Shown here: piece by piece, positions 17,783-28,836 of the stretch
How positions within the stretch are numbered: the stretch's first letter is position 1
Layout: the number at the start of each line of letters is the position of its first letter
NCBI GenBank assembly: GCA_002450895.1
Contig: DKAR01000036.1
Span: 236-63,869 of the forward strand
Direction: 5' to 3'
Source: Proteobacteria bacterium UBA6921
GTDB lineage: Bacteria > Pseudomonadota > Gammaproteobacteria > SG8-11
Length of the DNA stretch: 63,634 bases
Notes under the pieces: generated by a model
Told to the model about the DNA's origin: nothing
Seen by the model: only the letters and a program-made list of their open reading frames with translations
Database searches by the model: none
Program-made: the position numbers and the translations under genes

Positions 17783-18391
17783 ATGGCGACAGAATTCAGC
17801 GCGGATACACAGCCGTTCGCAACAGCAGTGTCATTGCATGAGCGGGGCGAGTGGGAAGCGGCGGCGCAGGCGTATCATCACGCCTTGGCGGTCGATCCAT
17901 CCAATATCGAAGTGTTGCACGGCGCGGGCATCCTCGCGTTACAAGTCGGTGATTTTTCGACCTCCGCTGAATTGCTCCGTCGTGCCGTCGTAAACGGTTC
18001 CCACGAACCGGACACCTATATGTTGCTGGGCCGTGCATTGAAGTCCGGCGGTGATCTTGATGCGGCGCTGGAAAACTTTTTTCACGCAATCTCGCGAGCC
18101 CCGGATTGGGCCGACGCCTATGTGCAGATCGGAATCGTGTTTCGGATGCAGAATCGCATGGCGGAAGCCGAAGTCGCGTATCGACAGGCTCTCGCGCTGA
18201 ATGCGAATTCCGTTGAAGCGCATATCAATCTGGGCAATGTGTTGCATCTGCGTGGTGATCTCGAAGCCGCCGTGCGTCATTACGAAATCGCGTTGGAGTT
18301 ATCACCCCAGTCCGAAACCGCGGCCACCAATCGCGACATCACCCTCAATGCGCAAGCCTATGCGCGCGGCGTGAATCCCGTACCGGCATGA
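17783..18391 (+). CDS. Tetratricopeptide-repeat protein, translationally coupled to tpsA
   Basis: Several 34-residue TPR units (for example AYVQIGIVFRMQNRMAEAEVAYRQALALNANSVE and AHINLGNVLHLRGDLEAAVRHYEIALELSP). Its TGA (18389-18391) overlaps the TpsA ATG (18388) as ATGA. Confidence 0.7.
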   Translation: MATEFSADTQPFATAVSLHERGEWEAAAQAYHHALAVDPSNIEVLHGAGILALQVGDFSTSAELLRRAVVNGSHEPDTYMLLGRALKSGGDLDAALENFFHAISRAPDWADAYVQIGIVFRMQNRMAEAEVAYRQALALNANSVEAHINLGNVLHLRGDLEAAVRHYEIALELSPQSETAATNRDITLNAQAYARGVNPVPA

Positions 18392-21300
18392 GTCATTCCG
18401 TGGTTAACCAATCTCTGACTGCACGCGCGCAAGCGCGACCCGGAAAGCGAAGGCTCCCGCCCGAGTTTCGGATGCGCCGGTGTTTTGCGCTGACCCTCAG
18501 CGCGATGGCAGCAATCGCCTGTGCGCCATCGCACGTCTCCGCGGAGCCGGCGAACACGGCGCTACCGACGGCATGTGGCAATGGTAACTGCGGCGGAAAG
18601 CAGTGGGTCACGCTCGGGTCCGCCAGCGCCAGCGTTCAGAACAATCAGATGAACGTGGTTGTTCAGGGGCAAACGGCGGTACTCAACTGGAGCAGCTTCA
18701 ACATCGGTGCGGATGCCGCCGTCAATTTTCAGCAGGACAACGCAACGGCCGTCGCGATCAACAAGATCGTCACCGAAAATCCCACCGAGATCTTCGGCCA
18801 GCTCACGGCCAACGGACAGATCTACCTGATCAATCCGAACCGGATTGTGTTTGGAAAGACAGCAAAAGTCGACGTCGGCGGACTCGTCGCGTCGACGCTC
18901 GAACTCACAGATGAAGCGCTCAAGGATGGTATCGCGGGCGCCATTCATAACTTGGGTCCCGACGGGAAGCCCGTTCCGGCATTCGTGGCGACGTATGATT
19001 CCTCCGGTCATGTCGTCAATGGCGATATCGAAATCCAGCAGGGCGCGTCGCTGAAAAGCGCCGATGGCGGCCGCATTCTCGTTTTTGCGCCGAACGTCGT
19101 GAACCGCGGTGACATCAACACGCCGAACGGTCAAACCATTCTCGCCGCGGGTAGCAAGATTTATCTCGCTGCTGCGCAAGCCGACGGGAATCGTGAGGAC
19201 AGCGATGTCGCCGGTCTGGTCGTTGAGGTCGATGTCAGTGAAATCAACAATGATGAGCTCACGAAATTTCTGCACGGTGAAACAACCCAGCTTCTGTTGG
19301 GCAGCGTCAACAACTACGGCTCGATCAATGCCGACGTCGGCAATATTTCTCTGGTCGGTCTGGCGGTAAATCAGTCCGGGCGCGTTACGGCAAAAACGTC
19401 CGTTCGTCGCAACGGAACAATTTTATTGCGTGCCGGTGACGGGATTGCCGCTGGAAACGTCGGCGCCAACGGTGGAAATCTTTCAAACTACTCCCCACGC
19501 GGCGGATTGGTCACGCTCGGTGCGGGGAGTGTTACGGAAATTATTCCGGACTCTGCGGACACCTCCGCAACGGCCGATGTCGTCGAGCAACCGAAGTCGC
19601 GCATAGATCTGCGCGGACATAGCGTGCACCTGCTGGGTGACGCACATGTCACAGCCACCAGCGGTGATGTGACGATCACTGCCCAACAGGATCCATCGCA
19701 GACGCTGGCGACCCAGGCCGACAACGATAGCCGCGTATTCATCGACGATGGCGCGGTCATTGACGTGTCCGGGGCCGCGGTGTCGCTATCGGCTGACCGA
19801 GCCACAGTAACGGTGCAGCTGCAGAGCGAGCAGCTCAAGGACAGCCCCGAGCAGCGGGACTCCGTCGTGAAGGGCGAATATGTCACGGTGGATATACGCC
19901 AGACCGGAGTCAATGCGGACGGTTCAACCTGGGTCGGTACGCCGCTGGCGGATATCACCGGTGCCATTCAGGCCGTGAATCGAACCGTGGATGAACGCAG
20001 CGTCGAAGGCGGAACCATCACGATTCGTTCGCAGGGCGACGTTATCGTCAGCGCCGGTGCCACGCTCGACATTTCCGGCGGACGAAAAGACTACGAAGCG
20101 GGTGTCATTCATACCACCAAGCTGGTCTCCGACGGAAAGTTGTACGACATTGGCGCCGCGGACCCGAACCGCCACTACGACGGCATTGCTGGACAGTACA
20201 CCCAGTCCTCGGCGAAGTGGGGCCAATCGAAGACCTGGAGCATGCTGGGCGAAGTCGGCACCTACTCCGCCGCGTTTACGCAGGGTGCCGACGCCGGCCA
20301 ACTGAACATCGATACGTCGCGCATGATTCTTGACGGAAAGGTGCGCGCCGACGTTGTCAAAGGCGACTATCAGAACGATTCGCAGTCGCGACCCGGCAAC
20401 GTCAGCGAAGATGTGTGGAGCGAATTGCCCAGCTCGATGGCGGCCCAGGGCACGTTTGTGTTTGGCAACACCGCGCAGGACACCGAGCCTGTGCATCGCT
20501 ATCGTGGCGATGATGTTGTCATTGAAGAACAGCAACTGCTTTCTCAATTGAAAGACTCCGGATTTGATCCGACACGCGATGCGCTACCCGAAACGCTGGA
20601 TCACATCACGATCCGGCCATCCCTGTTTTCCAGTGACGGAGTCGGAAGTGCCAGCATTCGCAGCAGCGAAACCGTGACGGTTGCGGCAGGCGCCAACGTA
20701 CAGATGAACGCGGGCAGTTCTCTGCAACTGATCGGCAGCACAGTAACTATTGACGGAAACGTCAGTGCGACTGGCGGCAACGTATCGGCACTCGCCGTAA
20801 AGACCGGAACGAACTCATTGAACGAAGGTCACGACGTCACACTGAGTCATGGGGCGTCGATCGACGTATCGGGAAGTTGGGTGAATGACGATCCGTTAAT
20901 TGCAGGCAGCACACGAGATCAGCGCTGGATCAATGGCGGCAGTGTTCAGCTCGAGGCCAAGCTCGGCAACATTGTAATGGAAAGCGATTCGAGCATTGAT
21001 GCATCTGGTTCCGCCTGGCTGAAGAGCGACGGAAAGATCAAGGCGGGCAGCGGTGGAAAGATCGACATAGTCACCGAGAGTGACGGAACATCCGTGACGC
21101 TCGATGGCGAATTGAGCGCGTATGGAATGTCACGCGGCGGCAGCCTCTCTATCACCACCGCGAATTCGATTTGTATCTCGACCGGAGTCTGCGACGGGTT
21201 GGCGAAAGAATCTGTACTGACATTGGTCCCGGATTTCTTCCAGCAGGGCGGGTTTGGTTCTTATTCCCTGACCAGCAAGTTTGGTGGACTGGTGGTTGCC

Positions 21301-24300
21301 GCGGGTACCGAGCTGAGCCCGCGCCAGCAAAATCTGGTACTCGACAGCGGCTATCGTTCCAGTGCCAGCGGCGCGGATCTCCGGACATTCAGCCATCTCG
21401 AAGAGCGTCCTGCGGAATCACGACGTGCGACGGATCTCACACTCAAGAGCAAATCTGAATTGCGCATTGAGTCAGGTGCGGTGATCGAAGCGGATGCGGG
21501 TAGCAAAGTCAGCCTCAGTTCAACCGACCGCATCTATGTTGACGGCACGGTACAGACGCACGGCGGAAGTATCGCACTCACCGTCAGTGACTATGCCGGG
21601 GGCGATGATGTCGTCGCCAATCAAGCGATCTGGCTGGGACAGAATGCGCGTCTTGATGTCAGCGGTACGACGCTGTTGCAACCCAGTCCCATCGGTCTGC
21701 GCGCCGGCACCGTTTACGACGGCGGAACAGTCAGTCTCACCGCCAACGCCGGATATGTGATCGCCGAAAGCGGATCGCTAATTAACGTGCCCGGGACGCA
21801 GGCCACGCTGGATCTTCCGGATGGCAACGGCGGATACACCGCGGTTGACGTGGGCAGCAATGCAGGAACGGTGCGAATCAAAAGCGCCGAGGGTGCGGTG
21901 CTGGAAGGTTCCATGGAGGGCCACGCCGGATCGGCGACGGCGCTCGGTGGCACGCTCGCGGTCACCATTGATGCCAACAATCGCGGCGAGCCGGGCGAAT
22001 TCACGCTCACCGCGGACAAGAACCACTTCTCTCACGACGATCGCGTGATCGAGGTAATTGACGATGTCGCCCAAAGCGCACTGAGCGGAACGACCTATGA
22101 AACATTCGGCGCCGCGTTCAGTGCACCGGACGCCGGCCACGCCGGTGTGTCGACGGTTCGCACGACAATGCTCGATCAAGGCGGGTTCGACGCACTGGAA
22201 CTTACTGCAAAAAATTTGCGTACGATTCCGGATCAATCGAACGACAATCAGGTGGATCTGCGCGCGTACGGTATTGTTCGAGTAGAAAGCGATCTGAATC
22301 TGGACCGACGCCTGGTTATCGATGCGCCCACGCTGGATGTCGCCGCCGACAGCGTCGTACTCGGTGCAGCCTATGTGGCCATCGGCTCACGGGAGGGACT
22401 GCTGACCGAGAGCGCTCCGACCACCACGTCGGATCATTCACTCACGGTCAATGCGCAGTGGTTGGATGTTGTCGGTCACAGTTCAATCATCAATACCAAC
22501 GACATCGCGCTGCACGCCGAAAGTGATTTGCGCCTGCGCCCGGTACCGTCGACAAATCTGGAAGACAATGCGCTTGCAATGACTGGTTCGTTGACGGTCG
22601 CGGGCCATCTCGAGTTGCAGGCCGACGTTGTCTACCCGGCCACGTTCACCGACCTTACGATCACCGCCAAGGACACGGCCGCGCCCGGTTCGATTACCGT
22701 ACTTCCCGGCGACGAAACGCACGGCGTCCTGTCGGCCGGTGGCGCGCTGCATCTCGTCGCCAATCAGATTGATCAGCGTGGTGTTTTGAAAGCACCGCTC
22801 GGCGTGATTGACCTGCAGGCGCACGGAACTGAGGCTGTGCCCGGAAATTTGGTGCTTGCCGAAGGAAGCGTAACGTCCACGTCGGCCGAGGGTCAGGTGA
22901 TTCCGGCCGGGCAGTCCGAAGGTGGCTTTGACTGGGTGTACAATATCAACAGCCAGACAAAACTTTTGTTCGGAGGCGAATTTGATCCCGTGCCGCAACA
23001 AAGCATTCAGTTGGGCGGCGACAACGTCGCGCTGAACGATGGCGCCAAACTTGATGCGTCCGGCGGCGGTGACCTGCAGTTGTACGAGTGGGTCAATGGC
23101 CTCGGTGGGTCGCGCGATATTCTCGATCCCGCGGTTTCGCCGCTCAGCTTTGCGGTCCTTCCGACCTTCGGCGAGACGATTGCGCCCTGGGATGAGCACG
23201 AGTCCGGTGCGTTTACTTCCAAATCTGTCGGGACGACGGTTTACCTCGAGGGTGTCGCCGGATTGCCAAGCGGTGAATATGCGGTACTGCCACCGCGTTA
23301 CGCGTTAATGCCCGGCGCCTATCTCATCACCGAGTTGCCGAATCTGCGCGATCGACCGGCCGGTCAGACCGGCATGCTGATCAACGGAACGCCGATCACC
23401 ACCGGTTACTTCGGCGTCGCCGGGACCGAGCAGCGCGAAGATCGCACGCGCGGATTCTCCGTAGTTTCGAGTGAATTATTGCGTGATGCCAACGATCCAC
23501 ATCGTCCGGCAGAGTACACCCTGACGCTCGCCAGTGAGTTCCTGGCGCAGCAGGCCGCCGACGGCGCGGTGGTCGGACGAATGCCGAACGATGCCGGCGT
23601 GGTTTCGATCGCCGCCGAGGATTCGCTGAATTTGCAGGCGCAGCTCATCGGCAATGCGGCCAACGGTGGTCGCGGTGCCGGCGTCGATATCGCCAGCGCC
23701 AATCTGGTGGTGACTGCCGATGGCGCCGGCGCTGCGGACGGCGGAATTCCAATATCCGCTGATGTATTAAATGGCCTGGGTGCGGAAAGCATTTTCCTCG
23801 GTGGCCGACGCAGCGAAGGCGCTGAAGGAACCGAACTGAATGTCATCAGCAACAACGTCACGATTGCCAGCGGTGCGAATCTAGTCGCACCCGAACTGAT
23901 CCTCGCTGCACGCGACACCGTCGTGCTTGCCGACGGCGCGACCGTCTCCGGCGCAGGCGAATCAAATCAGGAAGGTTCGAACTACGTTGTCAATGGCGAC
24001 GCAGCCATCATGCGTGTCAGCGGTGGTGCGCAAAGCGAACTGGTGCGCCATGCCGCATCCGGAAACGCCGGGTCGATCGATGTCGCGAGCGGCGCAACCG
24101 TAGCGGCGGACGGATCCGCGCTGTTCGACGTCAGCAAGAATCTGAGTTTCGCTGGAAACATCGATGTGCAAGGGGCTTCGCTGGCCGTCGGCGCTGCGCA
24201 GATCAATCTGGGAGATGTGCCGGCGAATACCGAAGGCTTTAACCTGGCATCGTCGACGTTGATCGGAATCAATGCCGACGAATTGCGGCTCAACGGACGT

Positions 24301-27300
24301 CAGTCGATCAACGTGTTCAGCGCCCCGATTATCGAGGCGCAGCGGCTGGTTCTGGATACGCCATTGCTTGAAGCGCGTGCCGGTAGCAGCGATGCAGTGA
24401 CCCAGGTTCACGCCGATGAAGTGATCCTGCGGAATTCGACCGGCAGTGCGGTCAGCTCGAATCCATCGGCACAAACGCACGGTTCGTTGCAGATCAGTGC
24501 GGGCAATGCGGACGCGGCGGGCGAGATCGAACAGGGTCAGGGCACAGTCACGGTTGCCGGATTCGATGCGGTTAAGCTGACTTCGACCGGCGCGATCTAC
24601 GGGCGCGATACCGGCACACTCAATACCGGCGCCGCCGATGTCACGCTGGATGCCGGCGTGATCAGCGGTCATCGTGGCTCGGAAACGACGATCACCACGC
24701 AAGGGCGCGTCGACATCGCCGCGTCGAACACGGCGTCGTCCGCGCTGGCGGACGACGCAATCGGCGCGACGCTGTCCATCAATGCGGACACAATCCATGA
24801 CGACGGCCGAATCGTCATGGCGTCGGGTGCTGTGAATCTGCATGCCACAGGTGCCTACGGTGTGACACTCGACCCGAACGGCGTCATCGATGTGAGCGGT
24901 GTCGTGCGCGACTTCACCGTAACGACGCGCCCTTCACCGGGCGGTAACGTTGAGATCGTCGCAGACTCCGGCAATATCACGCTCAACGCAGGCTCGAGTA
25001 TTTCCGTCGCCGGTGCGGTGACTGCCGACGGTCTCGGTGCCGATGCCGGAAGCCTGACGCTGCGCGCACCGCAAGGAACAGTAAAAGTTGAAAGCGATCT
25101 GGACGGCAGCGCGCAAAGCGATCAGCGCCAGGGACGCGCAACGATCGACGCGCGTCGTATCGACAACCTCGCCGCATTGAATCTCGCGCTGAACAATGCG
25201 GCATTCAATGACGAACGCGTATTGCGAATCCGGGAAGGTGACGTCGACCTGGATACGGACATCACCGCGCATCGCATCGACATCACAGTTGATGGCGGCG
25301 CACTGACAGTGGGAAATCAAAACGCAAACGTCACCCTCGACGCCAGCGGCAACGAAGGCGGACACGTGCGTCTCGCTGCGCGCGACGACGTGCAGGTGAG
25401 TTCCGGCGTGACCATCGATGCCAGCGGTAGTGAAGGCGACGGTGGCAATGTTGAGCTGATGAGTTCGGAAGGCGTGGTGCAAACGGAGCAGGGCAGCACC
25501 ATCGACGTGTCGCACGGTTCCGAAGGTGACGCACAAGACGGCGAAGTTCACGCGCGCGTCAACGAGAGCGTGTTGCTTCCGCTGGCCAGCGGTGGCACGT
25601 CAGCAATGGAATTGAAGGGAACCGTGATCGGTTCGCCGGTGATCGTCGAAGGCGTGCATGTCACCAGTCTCGACAGCGTCGGCGGTGTCATTGGCGATGC
25701 TGAAATTGCCAACGCGCGCGGCAGCGCGGATGCGTTTATGGCCAATGCGACACCGATCGAAGCGGCGCTGGAGAAATACGGCACCGATGTCGAACTTCGT
25801 CCTGGCGTGGAACTGGTTTCCAGCACCGACCTGACACTGAATACGCCATGGGATCTGATCGATTGGCGCTATGGCGGCGCGCCTGGTGTTTTAACACTGC
25901 GTGCCGCCGGCGATGTGAATATCAATCAAACGTTGTCCGACGGAATGATGTTCGACTGGATTGCGTATGCGTCGCTGCCAGCGGCGGGACCCTCGTGGAG
26001 CTACAGGATCGCCGCCGGCGCGGATCTGGCCAGTGCATCTCCGTTCGGTCTTGCGGCGTCGAGCGAACGCACCCGGACGGGAAGCATCGCCATTGCACCC
26101 GGCTATGTTGGCACGAGTATTTACGATCCGACGGTGCAAACCGCGGTGCGCACCGGAACGGGCGATGTCGAAATGGCGGCGGCGGGGAATGTCGAACTCG
26201 GCAATGCCGCCTCGGTGATCTACACCGCCGGGACTCCGGTCAGCGGAATCAGTGCGTCCATGCGTGAATCGCTGGACTACATCTGGGGATTCACCGCCGC
26301 ATTTCCCGAAAACGGCGGCGATATCATCGTGCGCGCGGGCGGTGACATGACGGGCGCATCAAGCCACCATCTCGTGACCGAGTGGCTATGGCGCATGGGA
26401 TCCGATGCTGCGACGACCGGCGAAATGCCCACGGCCTGGGGAATACAGTTCGATCAATTCACCGACGGCATCGGTGCATTGGGTGGCGGCAACGTCACAC
26501 TTGTTGCCGCGCGCGACATTGACAACGTCTCCGCCGCCATTCCGACGGTGGGCGTTCCATTGGGAGCAACGCCTGCGGACAATGAGCTGCACGTCACCGG
26601 CGGTGGCATACTGCGCGTCGAAGCCGGACGGGATATCTACGGCGGGATGTACTTTGTCGGTGCTGGTCAGGGAATGTTGGCGGCCGGCGGTGACATTGCG
26701 CGTGCCGCGGGCGACAGCAACGGCGCGTCGTATTTGAAAATCGCCCTCGGCGATGCGGAAGTCGGCGTCAGTGCGCGGGGCTCCATTGATGTGGGGTCAG
26801 TGTTTAATCCCACGATCATTCCGCAAAGCCAGTCGGCGGGTGCCTATGGTTTCGATCCAACCATCGACTTTCTGACCTACCAACCCGACAGTCGTGCCGA
26901 TTTCACGGCGATTGCTGGCGCCGTCCACTATCACGACAGTGCCGATGCGACGGTCAATGATGCCAGGGACGGGCTTTACGGCGTCAACGACTATACCGTT
27001 CAGGCAGAATTGCTGCGCATGTTGCCACCGACGCTTACGATGCAGGCGCTCGGCGGTGATATTGTCGTTGGCGGAACCGGCGCGGACAACGGATCGGGCA
27101 AGATTCTGAAACTTGCACCCGCCGTGTCCGGACAACTCGAGCTGCTTGCCGAGGGTGACGTGCGCTTGTACGACGGGATCCTGCTGTCAGATACGAATCC
27201 GGAAAATCTTCCCACGCCGGAGGCGCCGGGCCGATTTTTCCCGGCGTCCAGCGATTCGCTGCTGACACAACTCTTTGCAGAGTATTCGCCGCAGTTTCGA

Positions 27301-28818
27301 TCGCTCGATGCACCATTGCACGCGAACGATGCCGGCGATCCGGTGTTCGTCGTCGCGCAGCACGGCGATCTGGACATGACGACGTGGACGAAGCAATCCT
27401 TTAAATCCGGATTGTGGCTTGCGAAGTCTGCCGAGATCGTGGCGGGACGAGACATTCTTGATCCGGACATCGCGATTCAACACGCCAATGTCGGCGATGT
27501 GAGCCAGATCGTGGCCGGACGCGATATTCGTTATGAGACCGAACGTGACTCGAAAACGCGGCGCATCGTTCCCAAAGGAATTGCCAGCCAGAAAAGCATC
27601 GTCGTTGATGGTCCCGGCGAGGTACTGGTTTCCGCCGGTCGCGATGTCGATCTGGGGGCGTCCAGTGCCGGTATCCTGACCCGCGGTGATGTCGTCAATC
27701 CGGCCTTGGCGGATAACGGAGCCAACCTGACGGTGCTTGCCGGTATTGGAACAGGCGCCGACTACGCCACGTTCATCGATACATACATCAACGGTCGTGA
27801 CGATTACCACGATGCATTGATCGCCTACATGCAGTCGCGCGGCGCGCTTGTCTATACCTACACCGACGCCGTTGCCCAATTCGATGTGTTGAGTCGATCC
27901 GAGCAAATGCCGTTTCTCGAACGCATCTTGTTCACGGAAATGCGTATTGCCGGGCGGGATGCGGCGACGAGCGGCAGCGGCGATTACTCGCGTGGGTACA
28001 CGGCGATCAGCGCATTGTTCCCGGATCCCGATGCACAAGGCCGACTCGCGCTGTATTTCAGTCGCGTCTATACCCTCGACGGTGGCGATATCAATCTGAT
28101 GGTGCCCGGTGGGGAAGTGAACGTGGGATTGGCCGCGCTCCCGACGTCGTTCGGTATCACCAAGAAGCCCGAAGAACTGGGTATCGTGACGCAGAGCACC
28201 GGCAGCGTGAATATCCTCGCGCGTGACGATGTGCTGGTGAACACGTCGCGCGTCTTCGCCGGGGATGGCGGGTCCATTCTGATCTGGTCATCCGAAGGTG
28301 ACATTGATGCGGGTCGCGGCGCCAAGACGGCCATCTCCGCGCCGCCGCCGGAAATCACTGTGGATCCGGCCACCGGACAAGCCAAGATTGTCTACAAGGC
28401 CGCGTTGAACGGCAGCGGCATTCGCGCGTTCGTTACCACGGAAGGTCGCGCTGCTGGTGATGTCGATTTGTTCGCACCGAGCGGCGTCATCAATGTGAAC
28501 GATGCCGGCATTGGTTCGGCCGGCAACATCACCATAGGCGCCACCGAAGTGATCGGGTCCGACAACATCGACGTCGGTGGCGTCGCAGTCGGTATTCCGT
28601 CCGTCGATACGAGCAGCCTGTCGTCCTCGTTGTCCGGCGTTGCCGCCGCGGGCGCGACCAAGAGCGCTGAACAAAATGCGAGCGACAGCGCAGGCGCTTC
28701 CGACAAATCGACAACGCCTATCGCAGACGCCGCCGTCAGCTTCCTTGAAGTGGAGGTGCTCGGTTTCGGCGAAGACGACGAAGAAGAAAAGAAAAAACGC
28801 GAGCAGGAATCCAAGTAG
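18388..28818 (+). CDS. Giant TpsA exoprotein (filamentous haemagglutinin family, 3476 aa)
   Basis: An extended N-terminal signal region is followed by a TPS domain (VLNWSSFNIGADAAVNF...AINKIV...ANGQIYLINPNRIVFG...GGLVASTLEL). Thousands of residues of Gly/Ala/Ser/Asp-rich beta-helix repeat follow. A conserved C-terminal region reads GGDINLMVPGGEVNVG...GGSILIWSSEGDIDAGRGAKT...GDVDLFAPSGVINVNDAGI. The tail is charged (GEDDEEEKKKREQESK). Confidence 0.9.
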   Translation: MSHSVVNQSLTARAQARPGKRRLPPEFRMRRCFALTLSAMAAIACAPSHVSAEPANTALPTACGNGNCGGKQWVTLGSASASVQNNQMNVVVQGQTAVLNWSSFNIGADAAVNFQQDNATAVAINKIVTENPTEIFGQLTANGQIYLINPNRIVFGKTAKVDVGGLVASTLELTDEALKDGIAGAIHNLGPDGKPVPAFVATYDSSGHVVNGDIEIQQGASLKSADGGRILVFAPNVVNRGDINTPNGQTILAAGSKIYLAAAQADGNREDSDVAGLVVEVDVSEINNDELTKFLHGETTQLLLGSVNNYGSINADVGNISLVGLAVNQSGRVTAKTSVRRNGTILLRAGDGIAAGNVGANGGNLSNYSPRGGLVTLGAGSVTEIIPDSADTSATADVVEQPKSRIDLRGHSVHLLGDAHVTATSGDVTITAQQDPSQTLATQADNDSRVFIDDGAVIDVSGAAVSLSADRATVTVQLQSEQLKDSPEQRDSVVKGEYVTVDIRQTGVNADGSTWVGTPLADITGAIQAVNRTVDERSVEGGTITIRSQGDVIVSAGATLDISGGRKDYEAGVIHTTKLVSDGKLYDIGAADPNRHYDGIAGQYTQSSAKWGQSKTWSMLGEVGTYSAAFTQGADAGQLNIDTSRMILDGKVRADVVKGDYQNDSQSRPGNVSEDVWSELPSSMAAQGTFVFGNTAQDTEPVHRYRGDDVVIEEQQLLSQLKDSGFDPTRDALPETLDHITIRPSLFSSDGVGSASIRSSETVTVAAGANVQMNAGSSLQLIGSTVTIDGNVSATGGNVSALAVKTGTNSLNEGHDVTLSHGASIDVSGSWVNDDPLIAGSTRDQRWINGGSVQLEAKLGNIVMESDSSIDASGSAWLKSDGKIKAGSGGKIDIVTESDGTSVTLDGELSAYGMSRGGSLSITTANSICISTGVCDGLAKESVLTLVPDFFQQGGFGSYSLTSKFGGLVVAAGTELSPRQQNLVLDSGYRSSASGADLRTFSHLEERPAESRRATDLTLKSKSELRIESGAVIEADAGSKVSLSSTDRIYVDGTVQTHGGSIALTVSDYAGGDDVVANQAIWLGQNARLDVSGTTLLQPSPIGLRAGTVYDGGTVSLTANAGYVIAESGSLINVPGTQATLDLPDGNGGYTAVDVGSNAGTVRIKSAEGAVLEGSMEGHAGSATALGGTLAVTIDANNRGEPGEFTLTADKNHFSHDDRVIEVIDDVAQSALSGTTYETFGAAFSAPDAGHAGVSTVRTTMLDQGGFDALELTAKNLRTIPDQSNDNQVDLRAYGIVRVESDLNLDRRLVIDAPTLDVAADSVVLGAAYVAIGSREGLLTESAPTTTSDHSLTVNAQWLDVVGHSSIINTNDIALHAESDLRLRPVPSTNLEDNALAMTGSLTVAGHLELQADVVYPATFTDLTITAKDTAAPGSITVLPGDETHGVLSAGGALHLVANQIDQRGVLKAPLGVIDLQAHGTEAVPGNLVLAEGSVTSTSAEGQVIPAGQSEGGFDWVYNINSQTKLLFGGEFDPVPQQSIQLGGDNVALNDGAKLDASGGGDLQLYEWVNGLGGSRDILDPAVSPLSFAVLPTFGETIAPWDEHESGAFTSKSVGTTVYLEGVAGLPSGEYAVLPPRYALMPGAYLITELPNLRDRPAGQTGMLINGTPITTGYFGVAGTEQREDRTRGFSVVSSELLRDANDPHRPAEYTLTLASEFLAQQAADGAVVGRMPNDAGVVSIAAEDSLNLQAQLIGNAANGGRGAGVDIASANLVVTADGAGAADGGIPISADVLNGLGAESIFLGGRRSEGAEGTELNVISNNVTIASGANLVAPELILAARDTVVLADGATVSGAGESNQEGSNYVVNGDAAIMRVSGGAQSELVRHAASGNAGSIDVASGATVAADGSALFDVSKNLSFAGNIDVQGASLAVGAAQINLGDVPANTEGFNLASSTLIGINADELRLNGRQSINVFSAPIIEAQRLVLDTPLLEARAGSSDAVTQVHADEVILRNSTGSAVSSNPSAQTHGSLQISAGNADAAGEIEQGQGTVTVAGFDAVKLTSTGAIYGRDTGTLNTGAADVTLDAGVISGHRGSETTITTQGRVDIAASNTASSALADDAIGATLSINADTIHDDGRIVMASGAVNLHATGAYGVTLDPNGVIDVSGVVRDFTVTTRPSPGGNVEIVADSGNITLNAGSSISVAGAVTADGLGADAGSLTLRAPQGTVKVESDLDGSAQSDQRQGRATIDARRIDNLAALNLALNNAAFNDERVLRIREGDVDLDTDITAHRIDITVDGGALTVGNQNANVTLDASGNEGGHVRLAARDDVQVSSGVTIDASGSEGDGGNVELMSSEGVVQTEQGSTIDVSHGSEGDAQDGEVHARVNESVLLPLASGGTSAMELKGTVIGSPVIVEGVHVTSLDSVGGVIGDAEIANARGSADAFMANATPIEAALEKYGTDVELRPGVELVSSTDLTLNTPWDLIDWRYGGAPGVLTLRAAGDVNINQTLSDGMMFDWIAYASLPAAGPSWSYRIAAGADLASASPFGLAASSERTRTGSIAIAPGYVGTSIYDPTVQTAVRTGTGDVEMAAAGNVELGNAASVIYTAGTPVSGISASMRESLDYIWGFTAAFPENGGDIIVRAGGDMTGASSHHLVTEWLWRMGSDAATTGEMPTAWGIQFDQFTDGIGALGGGNVTLVAARDIDNVSAAIPTVGVPLGATPADNELHVTGGGILRVEAGRDIYGGMYFVGAGQGMLAAGGDIARAAGDSNGASYLKIALGDAEVGVSARGSIDVGSVFNPTIIPQSQSAGAYGFDPTIDFLTYQPDSRADFTAIAGAVHYHDSADATVNDARDGLYGVNDYTVQAELLRMLPPTLTMQALGGDIVVGGTGADNGSGKILKLAPAVSGQLELLAEGDVRLYDGILLSDTNPENLPTPEAPGRFFPASSDSLLTQLFAEYSPQFRSLDAPLHANDAGDPVFVVAQHGDLDMTTWTKQSFKSGLWLAKSAEIVAGRDILDPDIAIQHANVGDVSQIVAGRDIRYETERDSKTRRIVPKGIASQKSIVVDGPGEVLVSAGRDVDLGASSAGILTRGDVVNPALADNGANLTVLAGIGTGADYATFIDTYINGRDDYHDALIAYMQSRGALVYTYTDAVAQFDVLSRSEQMPFLERILFTEMRIAGRDAATSGSGDYSRGYTAISALFPDPDAQGRLALYFSRVYTLDGGDINLMVPGGEVNVGLAALPTSFGITKKPEELGIVTQSTGSVNILARDDVLVNTSRVFAGDGGSILIWSSEGDIDAGRGAKTAISAPPPEITVDPATGQAKIVYKAALNGSGIRAFVTTEGRAAGDVDLFAPSGVINVNDAGIGSAGNITIGATEVIGSDNIDVGGVAVGIPSVDTSSLSSSLSGVAAAGATKSAEQNASDSAGASDKSTTPIADAAVSFLEVEVLGFGEDDEEEKKKREQESK

Positions 28819-28836
28819 TCCGTATCGCGGGGTGTC

